From positions 1 through 24,908 of the IMG/VR virus record IMGVR_UViG_3300020432_000049: a stretch of DNA of 24,908 nt. One strand, 5' to 3'. This document shows, piece by piece, positions 17,230 to 24,900 of this stretch. The stretch's first letter is position 1, and each line of letters opens with the position of its first letter. Position numbers and translations under genes: made by a program. The notes under the pieces were generated by a model. The model did no database searches. It was not told where the DNA came from and saw nothing but the letters and a program-made list of their open reading frames with translations. The stretch comes from a virus (taxonomy: Duplodnaviria > Caudoviricetes).

Positions 17230-17539
17230 GTTGTCTCCAATCATCAGGTTTTTTGCGGTTAAACCAGTCACCGATATCGTCGGCACTGTCGAACCCCTGT
17301 CGATGGTCAGATGGGTCGGGTTCGCCTAATCCCATCTTATTCAGAAAATCGTCCGTCCCTCCCTCCTTCATGTTGGGATTTGCTGCTCGCTGTCGTGCTT
17401 GTCGCAACCATGTAGCAGCAGTGGTGTTAGATTTTGCTAATTTTTGTGCCCATATCATTTCTGTCAAATCTACGTCTTTTCCTTCGACAATAAGTTTGCA
17501 AACTTTTTCAAGTCGCAAGCGATATTGGGTTGATAGCAT
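17222..17539 (-). CDS. Conserved cyanophage hypothetical protein
   Basis: MLSTQYRLRLE...MIWAQKLAK...GLGEPDPSDH...DDWRQRD, recalled as a recurrent cyanophage ORF. Confidence 0.8.
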   Translation of the reverse strand: MLSTQYRLRLEKVCKLIVEGKDVDLTEMIWAQKLAKSNTTAATWLRQARQRAANPNMKEGGTDDFLNKMGLGEPDPSDHRQGFDSADDIGDWFNRKKPDDWRQRD

Positions 17540-17546
17540 TTTAACT

Positions 17547-17741
17547 CTATTTTAATTTTGCATTCAATTCACTAACTTTCTCGAATTCTGCTTTTGCAGC
17601 ATCTGAGCGAGTTTGTAGAATATCATGTATATCAGCAAGAATGACTTCATTCTCGACATACTCGTCAAAGTATTTATCGAGCGATTCTTTGAGATAGCGA
17701 TATCTATGCCATTCTGGTGAATACGGTTTGTAGTGTGTCAT
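17547..17741 (-). CDS. Hypothetical protein (MTHYKPYSPEWHRYRYLKE...)
   Basis: ATG at 17741 follows the intergenic element. Helical, charged sequence. Confidence 0.7.
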   Translation of the reverse strand: MTHYKPYSPEWHRYRYLKESLDKYFDEYVENEVILADIHDILQTRSDAAKAEFEKVSELNAKLK

Positions 17742-17830
17742 GATAATTTTATGAAAAACCCTACAGGGCAATTTTTACCCCGAGTTTTTTTTCGACCTTT
17801 TATGGAACAGAAAGTGAAATAATATATGGG

Positions 17831-18130
17831 TCAATGATGCTCGTGGTAACCACAAGGTACAGTAATAATACGTGAGCGGTGCTCAACATACCCTTCTGAA
17901 AAATATGTGGGGGATAACCACGACCCAGGTACCCATACTCTTTCTTTAATAACTCTTTCTTCCATACATCTACGAGGACCCTCGTAATGATGTGGTGGGT
18001 AATAACGATGAGTATGATGATGATAATGGTTGCCATACTCGACAAACGGCTCCCAGAATTCCTTCCAAGTAAGTGCCTCTGCTGCGGGTGCAACAGTTAA
18101 AGATGCGAGTAAAGCAACCAGTATTTTCAT
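17831..18130 (-). CDS. Secreted His-rich hypothetical protein
   Basis: Signal peptide MKILVALLASLTVAPAAEA, a His-rich segment, WVPGSW and two Cys. TAATG coupling to gp32. Confidence 0.7.
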   Translation of the reverse strand: MKILVALLASLTVAPAAEALTWKEFWEPFVEYGNHYHHHTHRYYPPHHYEGPRRCMEERVIKERVWVPGSWLSPTYFSEGYVEHRSRIITVPCGYHEHH

Positions 18131-19038
18131 TAGTCGTTTTCAGCTAGTGATGCAAAGTAATCAAGGTCAGGACTTGTTGGAGTCTGACTTAACTCTTTAA
18201 CTTTATCACCAAATCCACTAGGTGTGGAAGGTTGTGTGACAGTTTCTTCAGCGTACACTGCTTCATTTTCTTCTCCATCAAATGAGCGGACAGTAGCACG
18301 AGCAGACTTATTCAACACAGTGTTGAGTCTCTCTTCTAGTTGCTCATATGATTTAAAGTTGGCAGGGTCAGTAAACTCTTTAAGAGAGTGTTGTGCCTTC
18401 CAAATTTCCTCCAACTTAGCATCATCAAATCCTCCAAGTGTAGAAGTAGGTGCAAAATCAGACTTATCATAATTCCAATACCCACCGATTGTTTGTATCT
18501 TGATACGGAAGTCCGCACCTTTCCACATATCAAATGGGTTGATAGGTTCTTCATCCTCGAATTGAGGTTGCATAGAACTCACAATCTTATCATGTATCTT
18601 CTTGCCATACTTGTATAGGAAGACCTTTCCTTCATTATCTGGGTTGAGTTGGTCTTTAATGACATAGATGTTGCTGTAGTAGGAGAGTTTCCTCTTCTGT
18701 TTACGAGCGGTCTCTTTGTCTTGGTCTAGACCAGAATTCCAAAGAGTGCGATTCAACTCACCAACAGGGTCTTTTTGTCCCAATGTTGTAAGTGAATTCT
18801 CAATATACCAACCGCCTGCACCTTGGAATGCGTGACTCCAAACTTGTGCCCATGGTAGGTCTTCACCATCTGGCTCAGGAAGGAATCGGACTACTGCGTA
18901 ACCGTTTCCAGACTTATCGACCCCAGGTTTCCAGAGTCTCTCATCAGGTCCTGCGCCCTGAGGTTTAGACATCTTCTCAATCTGTTTGGTAAGCTTGTCA
19001 AAACTTCCAGACTTTTTCTTAAGCGATGCGAATGACAT
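18130..19038 (-). CDS. gp32: gp32 single-stranded DNA-binding protein
   Basis: DERLWKP..DKSGNGYAVVRFLP, HAFQG.GGWYIENSLTT, KRKLSYYSNI, YKYGKKI, NYDKSDF and an acidic tail. ATG 19038 is preceded by GGAG. Confidence 0.96.
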   Translation of the reverse strand: MSFASLKKKSGSFDKLTKQIEKMSKPQGAGPDERLWKPGVDKSGNGYAVVRFLPEPDGEDLPWAQVWSHAFQGAGGWYIENSLTTLGQKDPVGELNRTLWNSGLDQDKETARKQKRKLSYYSNIYVIKDQLNPDNEGKVFLYKYGKKIHDKIVSSMQPQFEDEEPINPFDMWKGADFRIKIQTIGGYWNYDKSDFAPTSTLGGFDDAKLEEIWKAQHSLKEFTDPANFKSYEQLEERLNTVLNKSARATVRSFDGEENEAVYAEETVTQPSTPSGFGDKVKELSQTPTSPDLDYFASLAEND

Positions 19039-19098
19039 TTGTATTTCTCCGTTGTGGTTTTGTTTTGTTGTATTTGCCACCGTATTATGATGACATAT

Positions 19099-19115
19099 TA
19101 TTTAGGAGTTGTCAA
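19099..19115 (-). promoter_or_regulatory. Promoter region of gp32: TTGACA (-35-like) and late-like CTAAATA
   Basis: Minus strand reads TTGACAACTCCTAAATAATATGTCATCATAAT. The spacing from TTGACA to CATAAT is 20 nt, longer than optimal. Confidence 0.45.
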
Positions 19116-19257
19116 CCCCCTGTTTCGTCATGTTATATATGATTACTTTTTCTCCGTCATGAGTAAAAAACAATTCGTCGTCTGCATCCCAAAGTAACTC
19201 TTCAAAGAGGTCATTAAGTCTCTCAGCATCTTCGTAAAGTTGATTAGGATTCGGCAT
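19102..19257 (-). CDS. Small acidic hypothetical protein (51 aa, MPNPNQLYEDAERLNDLFEELLWDADDELFFTHDGEKVIIYNMTKQGVDNS)
   Basis: Translated by hand. AAGGAG lies upstream of ATG 19257, and the ORF fills the gap before gp32. Below the ORF-track cutoff. Confidence 0.75.
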   Translation of the reverse strand: MPNPNQLYEDAERLNDLFEELLWDADDELFFTHDGEKVIIYNMTKQGVDNS

Positions 19258-19612
19258 CTTTTAACTCCTTTCTCCAAGCTCTTAGTTTATCTTCCATCTG
19301 TTGTAGTATCAGCATGAGGTTTAGTCCTCCCGAATACTGTGCAGATAAAGTATCTATCTTTTCTTTAACGTAACTTGCTTCCTCATCGTTTTCATCTCCT
19401 GATATATTATGTGACGCAAGAGCAAGACGTGAGTAAAATACTTTTTGTTTTGCAATCAACTCAAGTGTTTTTTCTATGTGCTCTAGTCTCTCTCTAGGAG
19501 AAAAGTCAGCAAGTCCTGCTGATATCTTTAGTAGTTGTGTGTATGTCTCCTGTATGTCAGTTAATTCTTGCTGCACTACATCGGATTCAAAGAAACTTTC
19601 GTCTTCATTCAT
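19244..19612 (-). CDS. DUF1825-like cyanobacterial/cyanophage protein
   Basis: FFESDVVQQELTDIQETY...LIAKQKVFYSRLAL, at the usual position upstream of gp32. Confidence 0.7.
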   Translation of the reverse strand: MNEDESFFESDVVQQELTDIQETYTQLLKISAGLADFSPRERLEHIEKTLELIAKQKVFYSRLALASHNISGDENDEEASYVKEKIDTLSAQYSGGLNLMLILQQMEDKLRAWRKELKDAES

Positions 19613-19854
19613 AGGTTTAAAACTGCTTTACTTGTACGTTTAATATAATTTAGTCTTGCTGCATCCCATTGTATCTTATCCTTGAGTGGTTTAGAAATCA
19701 ACTTCTTAACTGTAGTGACATCTATCTCTAACTCTTCACATATGGATGTGACTGCTTCAATGTAATTGATGAGACCACTGCTATCTTTAACACGATTCTC
19801 AACAAGAGCGGTAAACTTACCCTGAGTCATAAACTTTTCTTCAATTTCCTTCAT
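19609..19854 (-). CDS. gp33: gp33 late-transcription coactivator
   Basis: KF...VE..V......NYIEAV..ICEELEIDVTTVKKLISKPLKDKIQWDA..LNYIKRTS. Confidence 0.88.
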   Translation of the reverse strand: MKEIEEKFMTQGKFTALVENRVKDSSGLINYIEAVTSICEELEIDVTTVKKLISKPLKDKIQWDAARLNYIKRTSKAVLNL

Positions 19855-20525
19855 GATTGTAGTCCCTCAGTGTAATATCGATAGTCTTTTATCCAATCAA
19901 TGAGGGTATTGATGTAGGGTACTTTATCATATTTCTGGACTACCTGTGTCTGTCCATCCTCTGCAACAGATATGGTGACAAGTTTATCAACTTCTATACC
20001 AGTTAACTCCCAATACATGTAAGCATATGCTGCTTCTTGCACGAAGTATTTCTCTAGGTATTTTTCTTTCTTTAATGTGCCAGTAGTCTTAAAGTCTATG
20101 ATACTAAGCTCATTATCAAACTCAGCAATGCAATCAACGCGCCCAGCCAGATATAAATTGCGAGAAAAAAGAGGGGTTTCAATAGCATGAATATTAGATA
20201 TCCGATTAAGAGTCTCACGACTAGCCCCAAAAAGGTATTTGGCAAGACCTTTGCTCTCCTTAATTTTCTCAGATTCATTTCTTAGATAGTATTCTACGAT
20301 GGAATGATACTTAGTGCCTCGCCATGCAGCAGCACGTCGTATCTTCTCCGCTTCAGTATAACCGATTCGATTCTCCCAGTCAAGTATACCTTGCTTAGAT
20401 TGGTGTCCGACAACAGTAGTCACACTAGGTACCCAAACGTCATCTAGTTTATAGAAACGTCCATGATTTAGAGTCTTACTTTCTAAGTCCTCTAACTCAA
20501 GAGGAGTGCCCACATAATTAAACAT
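19851..20525 (-). CDS. PD-(D/E)XK exonuclease (cyanophage exonuclease next to phoH)
   Basis: PSVTTV, RGTKYH, E.PL, AGRVDCIAEFDNELSIIDFKT and YFVQEAAYA. Confidence 0.85.
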   Translation of the reverse strand: MFNYVGTPLELEDLESKTLNHGRFYKLDDVWVPSVTTVVGHQSKQGILDWENRIGYTEAEKIRRAAAWRGTKYHSIVEYYLRNESEKIKESKGLAKYLFGASRETLNRISNIHAIETPLFSRNLYLAGRVDCIAEFDNELSIIDFKTTGTLKKEKYLEKYFVQEAAYAYMYWELTGIEVDKLVTISVAEDGQTQVVQKYDKVPYINTLIDWIKDYRYYTEGLQS

Positions 20526-21286
20526 TAATTAAATCCCATATTAATTTTACTGACGAGATACTCTCGCACAAGACCAGACCTAACGATGTCTTCGATACCA
20601 AACTCAACACATGAGAATGATGGCATTGTCTGTAAGATTTTCATGAAGTCTAACACTCCTGTCCTTTCGTTACTTTTAATGAGGTCTGATTGTGTGTAGT
20701 CGCCAGAGAATATGATTCTAGTGTCTTCACCTACACGAGTAATGACTGAGTCTAACTCATGGAAATTTAGATTACTAAACTCATCCACTATCATAATACA
20801 TTTGTCAAGAGTAACACCTCTAACAAATGATGTTGACCAGAATGACACTGTATCCTGTGCTCTAAGGTTTGCATAGAGTGATTCAAATGCATTGTCATCA
20901 GGCATTTCAAACATATACTTCACCATATTTTTGTATGGTATCTGATATAGGTTTGACTTATCTTCATGGTCACCTGGGAGGAAACCTATCTCTCTTGTTG
21001 GGACAAGAGACCTGACCATGTAAACCTTTTCGTAAGGAGTCTCAGGGTCTAGCACTTGTTGTAGTGCAAGGTAAAGTGAGATGAAAGTTTTACCTGTGCC
21101 TGCACAACCATGCAACACAAGGTTTTGTCCTTCATCATATGCTTTGAAGACCTCCTCCTGATTAGGAGTCAGTGGCTCAATCACTTTCAAATGGTCAAGG
21201 TTAATGGGTTTACGTCTCTTCATCTGCTTTACAGAGTAGTGGTCGTATTTTCCGTTACCGTTTCCGTTTTTCTTTTTAGCGGGCAT
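20525..21286 (-). CDS. phoH: PhoH-family ATPase
   Basis: PLTPNQ, Walker A GCAGTGKT, REIGFLPG, RGVTLD, IVDE, GDYTQSDL and DIVRSGLV. Confidence 0.96.
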   Translation of the reverse strand: MPAKKKNGNGNGKYDHYSVKQMKRRKPINLDHLKVIEPLTPNQEEVFKAYDEGQNLVLHGCAGTGKTFISLYLALQQVLDPETPYEKVYMVRSLVPTREIGFLPGDHEDKSNLYQIPYKNMVKYMFEMPDDNAFESLYANLRAQDTVSFWSTSFVRGVTLDKCIMIVDEFSNLNFHELDSVITRVGEDTRIIFSGDYTQSDLIKSNERTGVLDFMKILQTMPSFSCVEFGIEDIVRSGLVREYLVSKINMGFN

Positions 21287-21289
21287 AAT

Positions 21290-21520
21290 TTAGGTATAGC
21301 GACTCAAGTTCGCTCGTGGATGGTCTGATTGAATTTTCTGCATCACTTCTTTGAATCCATCGGTCTGTTTAGGGTCACCATAGGTAACACCACCAGTGCC
21401 TGCAGACCAGTCTTTATCCCAGTCTGGATTCTCTTTCCTCCACTCGTCATACTTTTTCATAGACAGGTTGAGTTCTTGTTTCTCTCCTGTCTTAGTATTT
21501 ATTACGGGATATGTAGGCAT
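21290..21520 (-). CDS. Conserved small protein, FmdB-like N-terminus (MPTY)
   Basis: MPTYPVINTKTGE...DGFKEVMQKI...HP, in the usual position upstream of phoH in T4-like phages. No Zn-ribbon Cys. Confidence 0.7.
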   Translation of the reverse strand: MPTYPVINTKTGEKQELNLSMKKYDEWRKENPDWDKDWSAGTGGVTYGDPKQTDGFKEVMQKIQSDHPRANLSRYT

Positions 21521-21680
21521 TTCTAAAGTCCTCTACTGTGTTTGCCATTTGTCGGTAACCTGTACCAACATAGATTTGTCCTGCTACAACAGATATTGTA
21601 GCGATGCCCCAGAAAATATAATAAAACCTAGATTTAATCTGGTATCTTTTCTTGAGTAGTTTAGTTCCTAATTCAGTCAT
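21492..21680 (-). CDS. Small membrane hypothetical protein
   Basis: QIKSRFYYIFWGIATISVVAGQIYVGTGYR, a single transmembrane helix. Confidence 0.7.
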   Translation of the reverse strand: MTELGTKLLKKRYQIKSRFYYIFWGIATISVVAGQIYVGTGYRQMANTVEDFRNAYISRNKY

Positions 21681-21819
21681 CGTGGTCGTCCCATGGATCA
21701 GTTAACCCTTTGTTTGCAAAGAATCCTTTATACAATCCATACCCTGCTAACAGTATTGTGATTACTGCTATTGATATTGGAAATGTAATGTCTGGGTCTA
21801 AGTTAAGGGGTGTTATCAT
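21673..21819 (-). CDS. psbN: PsbN-like photosystem II assembly factor (48 aa, MITPLNLDPDITFPISIAVITILLAGYGLYKGFFANKGLTDPWDDHDD)
   Basis: Translated by hand. One transmembrane helix, GYGLYKGF, and a C-terminal LTDPWDDHDD resembling PsbN GY.lY..FG...LrDPfeeH.D. ATGA overlap with the thyX stop. Confidence 0.8.
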   Translation of the reverse strand: MITPLNLDPDITFPISIAVITILLAGYGLYKGFFANKGLTDPWDDHDD

Positions 21820-22526
21820 AATATTTTTAGACAAGGTTGTAAGTCATTCCAGTATTCATCGTTGTCATCACAGTTACAATCTCCTTTCTCAGGACACCAA
21901 CCCATTGCCTTAGCAACGATTGGAAACTGACAAATAAGATGCTCTCTGCATAGATTAGCGATGTCCATGTGCTCTTTCTGCGTGCCATTTGCTGACCGCA
22001 ATTCAATGTAGTGTAACCAACTACGGACACTACCACTCATGTAAATTCTGGTTGGAGTTGCTAAAGGCAAGACCATTCTAGCACACTCTTTAGCAATTCC
22101 TTCGTCTAACATTTCAGCGTAGATATGTTGTGCTTGGAAGAAGTGCTCTTCTATCTTAGCATCAAACTTTGCTTTGACAATCGGGTCAATGTCATCAATA
22201 CTATTCTGTCTATTCTTAGTATCTTGACGACGCAAGTCAGGAGTAGGAATGTCACCTAACATCCCTGCATCAGCATAACGTTGAGAGAATTCTTGGAATG
22301 TAAAACTTCTGTGTCTCAATACCTGTGCTGCGATAGCACGTGTGGTATTAATTTCAAGTGTCATAAATGCCTGCTCAAATACAGACCAGTGGTTGTGTTT
22401 GATGCAGTAACTTAAGAGTCCTTCTACAGATGGGTTGTCTTGATTCTTTGGGTTACTTACACGAGCAACGTAACCCATAGTTTTCTCTGCGTCAGGTGTC
22501 ACAGAAATTAAACATACTTTAGTCAT
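21816..22526 (-). CDS. thyX: Flavin-dependent thymidylate synthase
   Basis: HWSVFEQ, ThyX motif QVLRHRSFTFQEFSQRY, KECARMVLP and TQKEH. Confidence 0.96.
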   Translation of the reverse strand: MTKVCLISVTPDAEKTMGYVARVSNPKNQDNPSVEGLLSYCIKHNHWSVFEQAFMTLEINTTRAIAAQVLRHRSFTFQEFSQRYADAGMLGDIPTPDLRRQDTKNRQNSIDDIDPIVKAKFDAKIEEHFFQAQHIYAEMLDEGIAKECARMVLPLATPTRIYMSGSVRSWLHYIELRSANGTQKEHMDIANLCREHLICQFPIVAKAMGWCPEKGDCNCDDNDEYWNDLQPCLKIL

Positions 22527-22791
22527 GCTTAAATAAAATTCTTGCGATTACATAAAGTCCAACTGCACCAAAGTATCCTATGGTTGCAATTCCGAAGGTT
22601 GGTAGTGTCATATTCCACACTAACATTAAGACAAATGGTTTAACAGTGAAGTCAGCAATAACTTTAACTGCTTTCTCTCCCATTTCCTGATTGCGTAGTC
22701 TCTCTTCTTCCTTTTCGGATAGTTTCTTCTCGTCTTCTGCTTGTTGTTGTGCCTTCTTACGAGGGTCAAAGAATACGTAATCGTTTGCCAT
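22519..22791 (-). CDS. Hypothetical membrane protein
   Basis: The start is probably ATG 22791 (TAATG coupling). Charged N-terminal half and two hydrophobic C-terminal segments. Confidence 0.7.
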   Translation of the reverse strand: MANDYVFFDPRKKAQQQAEDEKKLSEKEEERLRNQEMGEKAVKVIADFTVKPFVLMLVWNMTLPTFGIATIGYFGAVGLYVIARILFKHD

Positions 22792-23054
22792 TATTTTTTG
22801 CCTTTTTTGGCTTTCTTCTCTTTGGGGTCTTGCCATATTTTTGGGTTAATCTTTCCTGCTGTTTGTGTAATCGCCTTCAATCCTTTTCCATACTTATCAT
22901 AGTAAGCATCGAATATCTCAGATTGTTTGATACACATAACTATATCATACTTGGTATGACCATCAGGTGCAACATACTCTACAAGGTATGCAGTATAAGG
23001 TAAGGAGGGGTCTTGTGCTGCCTCTATGAGACAATCAGTAGCGAGTGTCTTCAC
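22791..23054 (-). CDS. Conserved cyanophage hypothetical protein
   Basis: DPSLPYTAYLVEY...YDIV...IFDAYYDKY...GKINPKIW. GTG start overlapping the upstream TAG. Confidence 0.75.
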   Translation of the reverse strand: MKTLATDCLIEAAQDPSLPYTAYLVEYVAPDGHTKYDIVMCIKQSEIFDAYYDKYGKGLKAITQTAGKINPKIWQDPKEKKAKKGKK

Positions 23055-23494
23055 TATTTCCTGCCTCTATTACCCCATTTGATTGATGGAAATGCTTCTT
23101 CCACAACCGCTTTGGTAATACGAAACTTCTTATGAAGACTTTTATTTATTGCTGAGATAACAACTTGTGCCTCGTCAGCATGTAGTCCCTCTAGTAGTGC
23201 AATAAACATAGACTCAATCTTTAGGGCAGGCAGATTGTCTGCTCCACCTTTAAAAAAATAGTATAGTTTCTTGCCTTCTTTTTCAAGAAGAGTATGCTCT
23301 GTGCCCTTAGGTGCTTCGTTAGGTGTATAAGGGACATCACCTGGGGGAATTCTAGACACCAAACTCTCATCATAATTCATAATGAATATTGACCTTAGAG
23401 TCTGTGTGTTATTATCCTGCAGGATTTTTATCTTCTGTGCTTTTGTTTTAGCATTGTGTGCCTTACGAAGCACTTCAGAAATCATTAATTTCAT
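23054..23494 (-). CDS. Conserved T4-like phage hypothetical protein (DUF6433-like)
   Basis: ISEVL.K, IPPGDVPYTPN, LYYFFKGG, ESMFIALLEGLHADEA and ITKAVVEEAFP. Confidence 0.75.
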   Translation of the reverse strand: MKLMISEVLRKAHNAKTKAQKIKILQDNNTQTLRSIFIMNYDESLVSRIPPGDVPYTPNEAPKGTEHTLLEKEGKKLYYFFKGGADNLPALKIESMFIALLEGLHADEAQVVISAINKSLHKKFRITKAVVEEAFPSIKWGNRGRK

Positions 23495-23507
23495 AGTGAA
23501 AATCTAA

Positions 23508-23750
23508 CTAAGATTCTTCATCATCGTCTATTGTAGCATCTTCATCCGTAAAACGCAAGTACAATAACTCAGATGGGTCTGCGTATCCATCTTCTCCTTG
23601 CATCTCAGGGTGAATAGTAACAGCAGCATAGTCTGCTTTCTCTTCCCATGTATCAAAAATCCCCTTAAGATTCCAAGATATGATGGCTCCTAAGAGGAAT
23701 GCTCCGACGGTTAGGAAGAATGCCATGTAAATGAACTGTAATTCTTGCAT
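23508..23750 (-). CDS. Small membrane protein, DUF2973-like
   Basis: N-terminal transmembrane helix, then HPEM..EDG.....LLYLRF and an acidic tail. GGAG upstream. Confidence 0.6.
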   Translation of the reverse strand: MQELQFIYMAFFLTVGAFLLGAIISWNLKGIFDTWEEKADYAAVTIHPEMQGEDGYADPSELLYLRFTDEDATIDDDEES

Positions 23751-23770
23751 GGGCTACTCCGTGATGTACT

Positions 23771-24118
23771 TTATTTAGTAACTTTTTTCCTCCCAGGTTT
23801 TCGCTCGGCATGATACTTCCAAGCGTCCTCTAGGATGCTGTAAAGATAAGTTTTTATCTTCCTTGCTTTTGGTTTAGGAATGTGTCCATAAGACTCCCTA
23901 AGTTGTGCATCGCCACCTTTAATGTAACCTTCCAACTCTAGCACAGCGTTACTAAGTTCTGCTGCTACAGAGGATTCAATGAAGTCATTGACTTCTCTTC
24001 GTGTCCATTTCTGTGCTTTTAAATACGGATACATCTTGAATAAAAATCTTCCGTTGACCATTGCTTCATCTAGTGCTCGGTCAACGAGAGTATACAATTC
24101 TTCGGTATTCTTTTGCAT
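23771..24118 (-). CDS. Conserved cyanophage hypothetical protein
   Basis: YIKGG..QLRESYGHIPKPKARKI..YLYSILEDAWKY...RKPGRK. Confidence 0.75.
   Translation of the reverse strand: MQKNTEELYTLVDRALDEAMVNGRFLFKMYPYLKAQKWTRREVNDFIESSVAAELSNAVLELEGYIKGGDAQLRESYGHIPKPKARKIKTYLYSILEDAWKYHAERKPGRKKVTK
23772..23778 (-). promoter_or_regulatory. Late-promoter-like CTAAATA
   Basis: About 21 nt upstream of ATG 23750 and overlapping the upstream stop, the same layout as at gp26. Confidence 0.4.
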
Positions 24119-24366
24119 TATAGGTAGGTGTTTTCTCGTAGGTATTTTACAGTTTCAGTGCAACCACCCATCTTATGTCCAGAGATTATTACTTGAGGGA
24201 AGGTTGCTCCGTTACCAAACTCACTATAAAACTGCTCTCTGGTGAAGTTTGTGTTGAGCTTATACTCAGCATACACCCAACCCTTTGATTTGTAAACCTC
24301 TTTGATTTTTGTGCAGTAAGGGCAACCGTCTCTTGTATAGATTGCTGTATTCCCAGGTCGTTTCAT
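24118..24366 (-). CDS. nrdC: Glutaredoxin (NrdC-like)
   Basis: IYTRDGCPYC active site, TFPQV cis-Pro loop and GGCTET. Confidence 0.93.
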   Translation of the reverse strand: MKRPGNTAIYTRDGCPYCTKIKEVYKSKGWVYAEYKLNTNFTREQFYSEFGNGATFPQVIISGHKMGGCTETVKYLRENTYL

Positions 24367-24375
24367 TTAAAAATA

Positions 24376-24405
24376 GAAAAAGAAAAGGAGGGTATAATAC
24401 CCTCC
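24376..24405 (-). terminator. Rho-independent terminator downstream of the beta-barrel-like gene
   Basis: Minus strand GGAGGGTA-TTA-TACCCTCC (8-bp perfect stem) followed by TTTTCTTTTTC. Confidence 0.85.
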
Positions 24406-24428
24406 GATGTATTACAACTTTATATAGT

Positions 24429-24800
24429 TTAGAAAGTGTACTTAAGTCCTGCTTTCCCTGCCCAGTCTACGTCATCAACGTTAGTTGCTGCTGATAATTC
24501 ACCATAGACACCAACGCTTTCGTTGATTGCCTTACCACCACCGATGTAACCGATAAGTTCAGTGTCACCAAACTCGTCAGCAGTTTCTGTGTGGGTAACT
24601 GTAGGACCACCAGATACATACCAGTCAATTCCATTAGGAGTTGTACCTTCGTATCCAAGTTGGAATTCCCATGTGCCTGATGAATATGCTCCATCTGGAT
24701 ATGAACCACTTGCTTCAACATTAACGTATGGACCAGCAAAAGCGGCTCCAGAGAATAGAAGAGGTGTTGCTGCTAAAGCAGCGATTGTTGATTTAATCAT
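24429..24800 (-). CDS. Small secreted outer-membrane beta-barrel-like protein
   Basis: Signal peptide ending AFA, alternating amphipathic beta strands (PYVNVEA, WEFQLGYEG, WYVSGGP, VGVYGELSA) and C-terminal GLKYTF. Confidence 0.7.
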   Translation of the reverse strand: MIKSTIAALAATPLLFSGAAFAGPYVNVEASGSYPDGAYSSGTWEFQLGYEGTTPNGIDWYVSGGPTVTHTETADEFGDTELIGYIGGGKAINESVGVYGELSAATNVDDVDWAGKAGLKYTF

Positions 24801-24809
24801 TTTTGTTTT

Positions 24810-24900
24810 TAAGTTTCTCGCAGAAAATGTCCCTGCGGATGTTAGACTACCCCGACATGGGTGTCTTTGAATCTACGCAGGGGCACGATCTTTCGATCCC
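24810..24900 (-). ncRNA. Structured 5' leader RNA (candidate cis-regulatory element)
   Basis: GATC-GAAA-GATC GNRA hairpin, a 7-bp CCCTGCG/CGCAGGG stem enclosing AGAC-ACCC/GGGT-A-GTCT, and a TTTCT-GCG-AGAAA hairpin just before the A-rich start region. Confidence 0.6.

Noticed and set aside
19851-20525. Cas4-like nuclease suggesting a CRISPR system
   Set aside because: It lacks the four-Cys Fe-S pattern, no repeat-spacer array is visible, and it is the usual exonuclease next to phoH.
21248-21280. KKKNGNGNG micro-repeat at the PhoH N-terminus
   Set aside because: A short low-complexity stretch in a variable N-terminal tail with no sign of function.
21710-21913. Plus-strand 67-aa ORF in the track
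   Set aside because: It is antisense to the psbN-like ORF and the end of thyX, which explain the region better.
939-23149. Additional intragenic ATAAATA matches on the minus strand (939-945, 17671-17677, 21496-21502, 23143-23149)
   Set aside because: They are far from start codons and expected by chance in AT-rich DNA. They cannot be supported without start-site data.
24810-24900. tRNA in the GC-rich structured segment
   Set aside because: No T-loop GTTCRA, no cloverleaf with an acceptor stem, and no CCA end.
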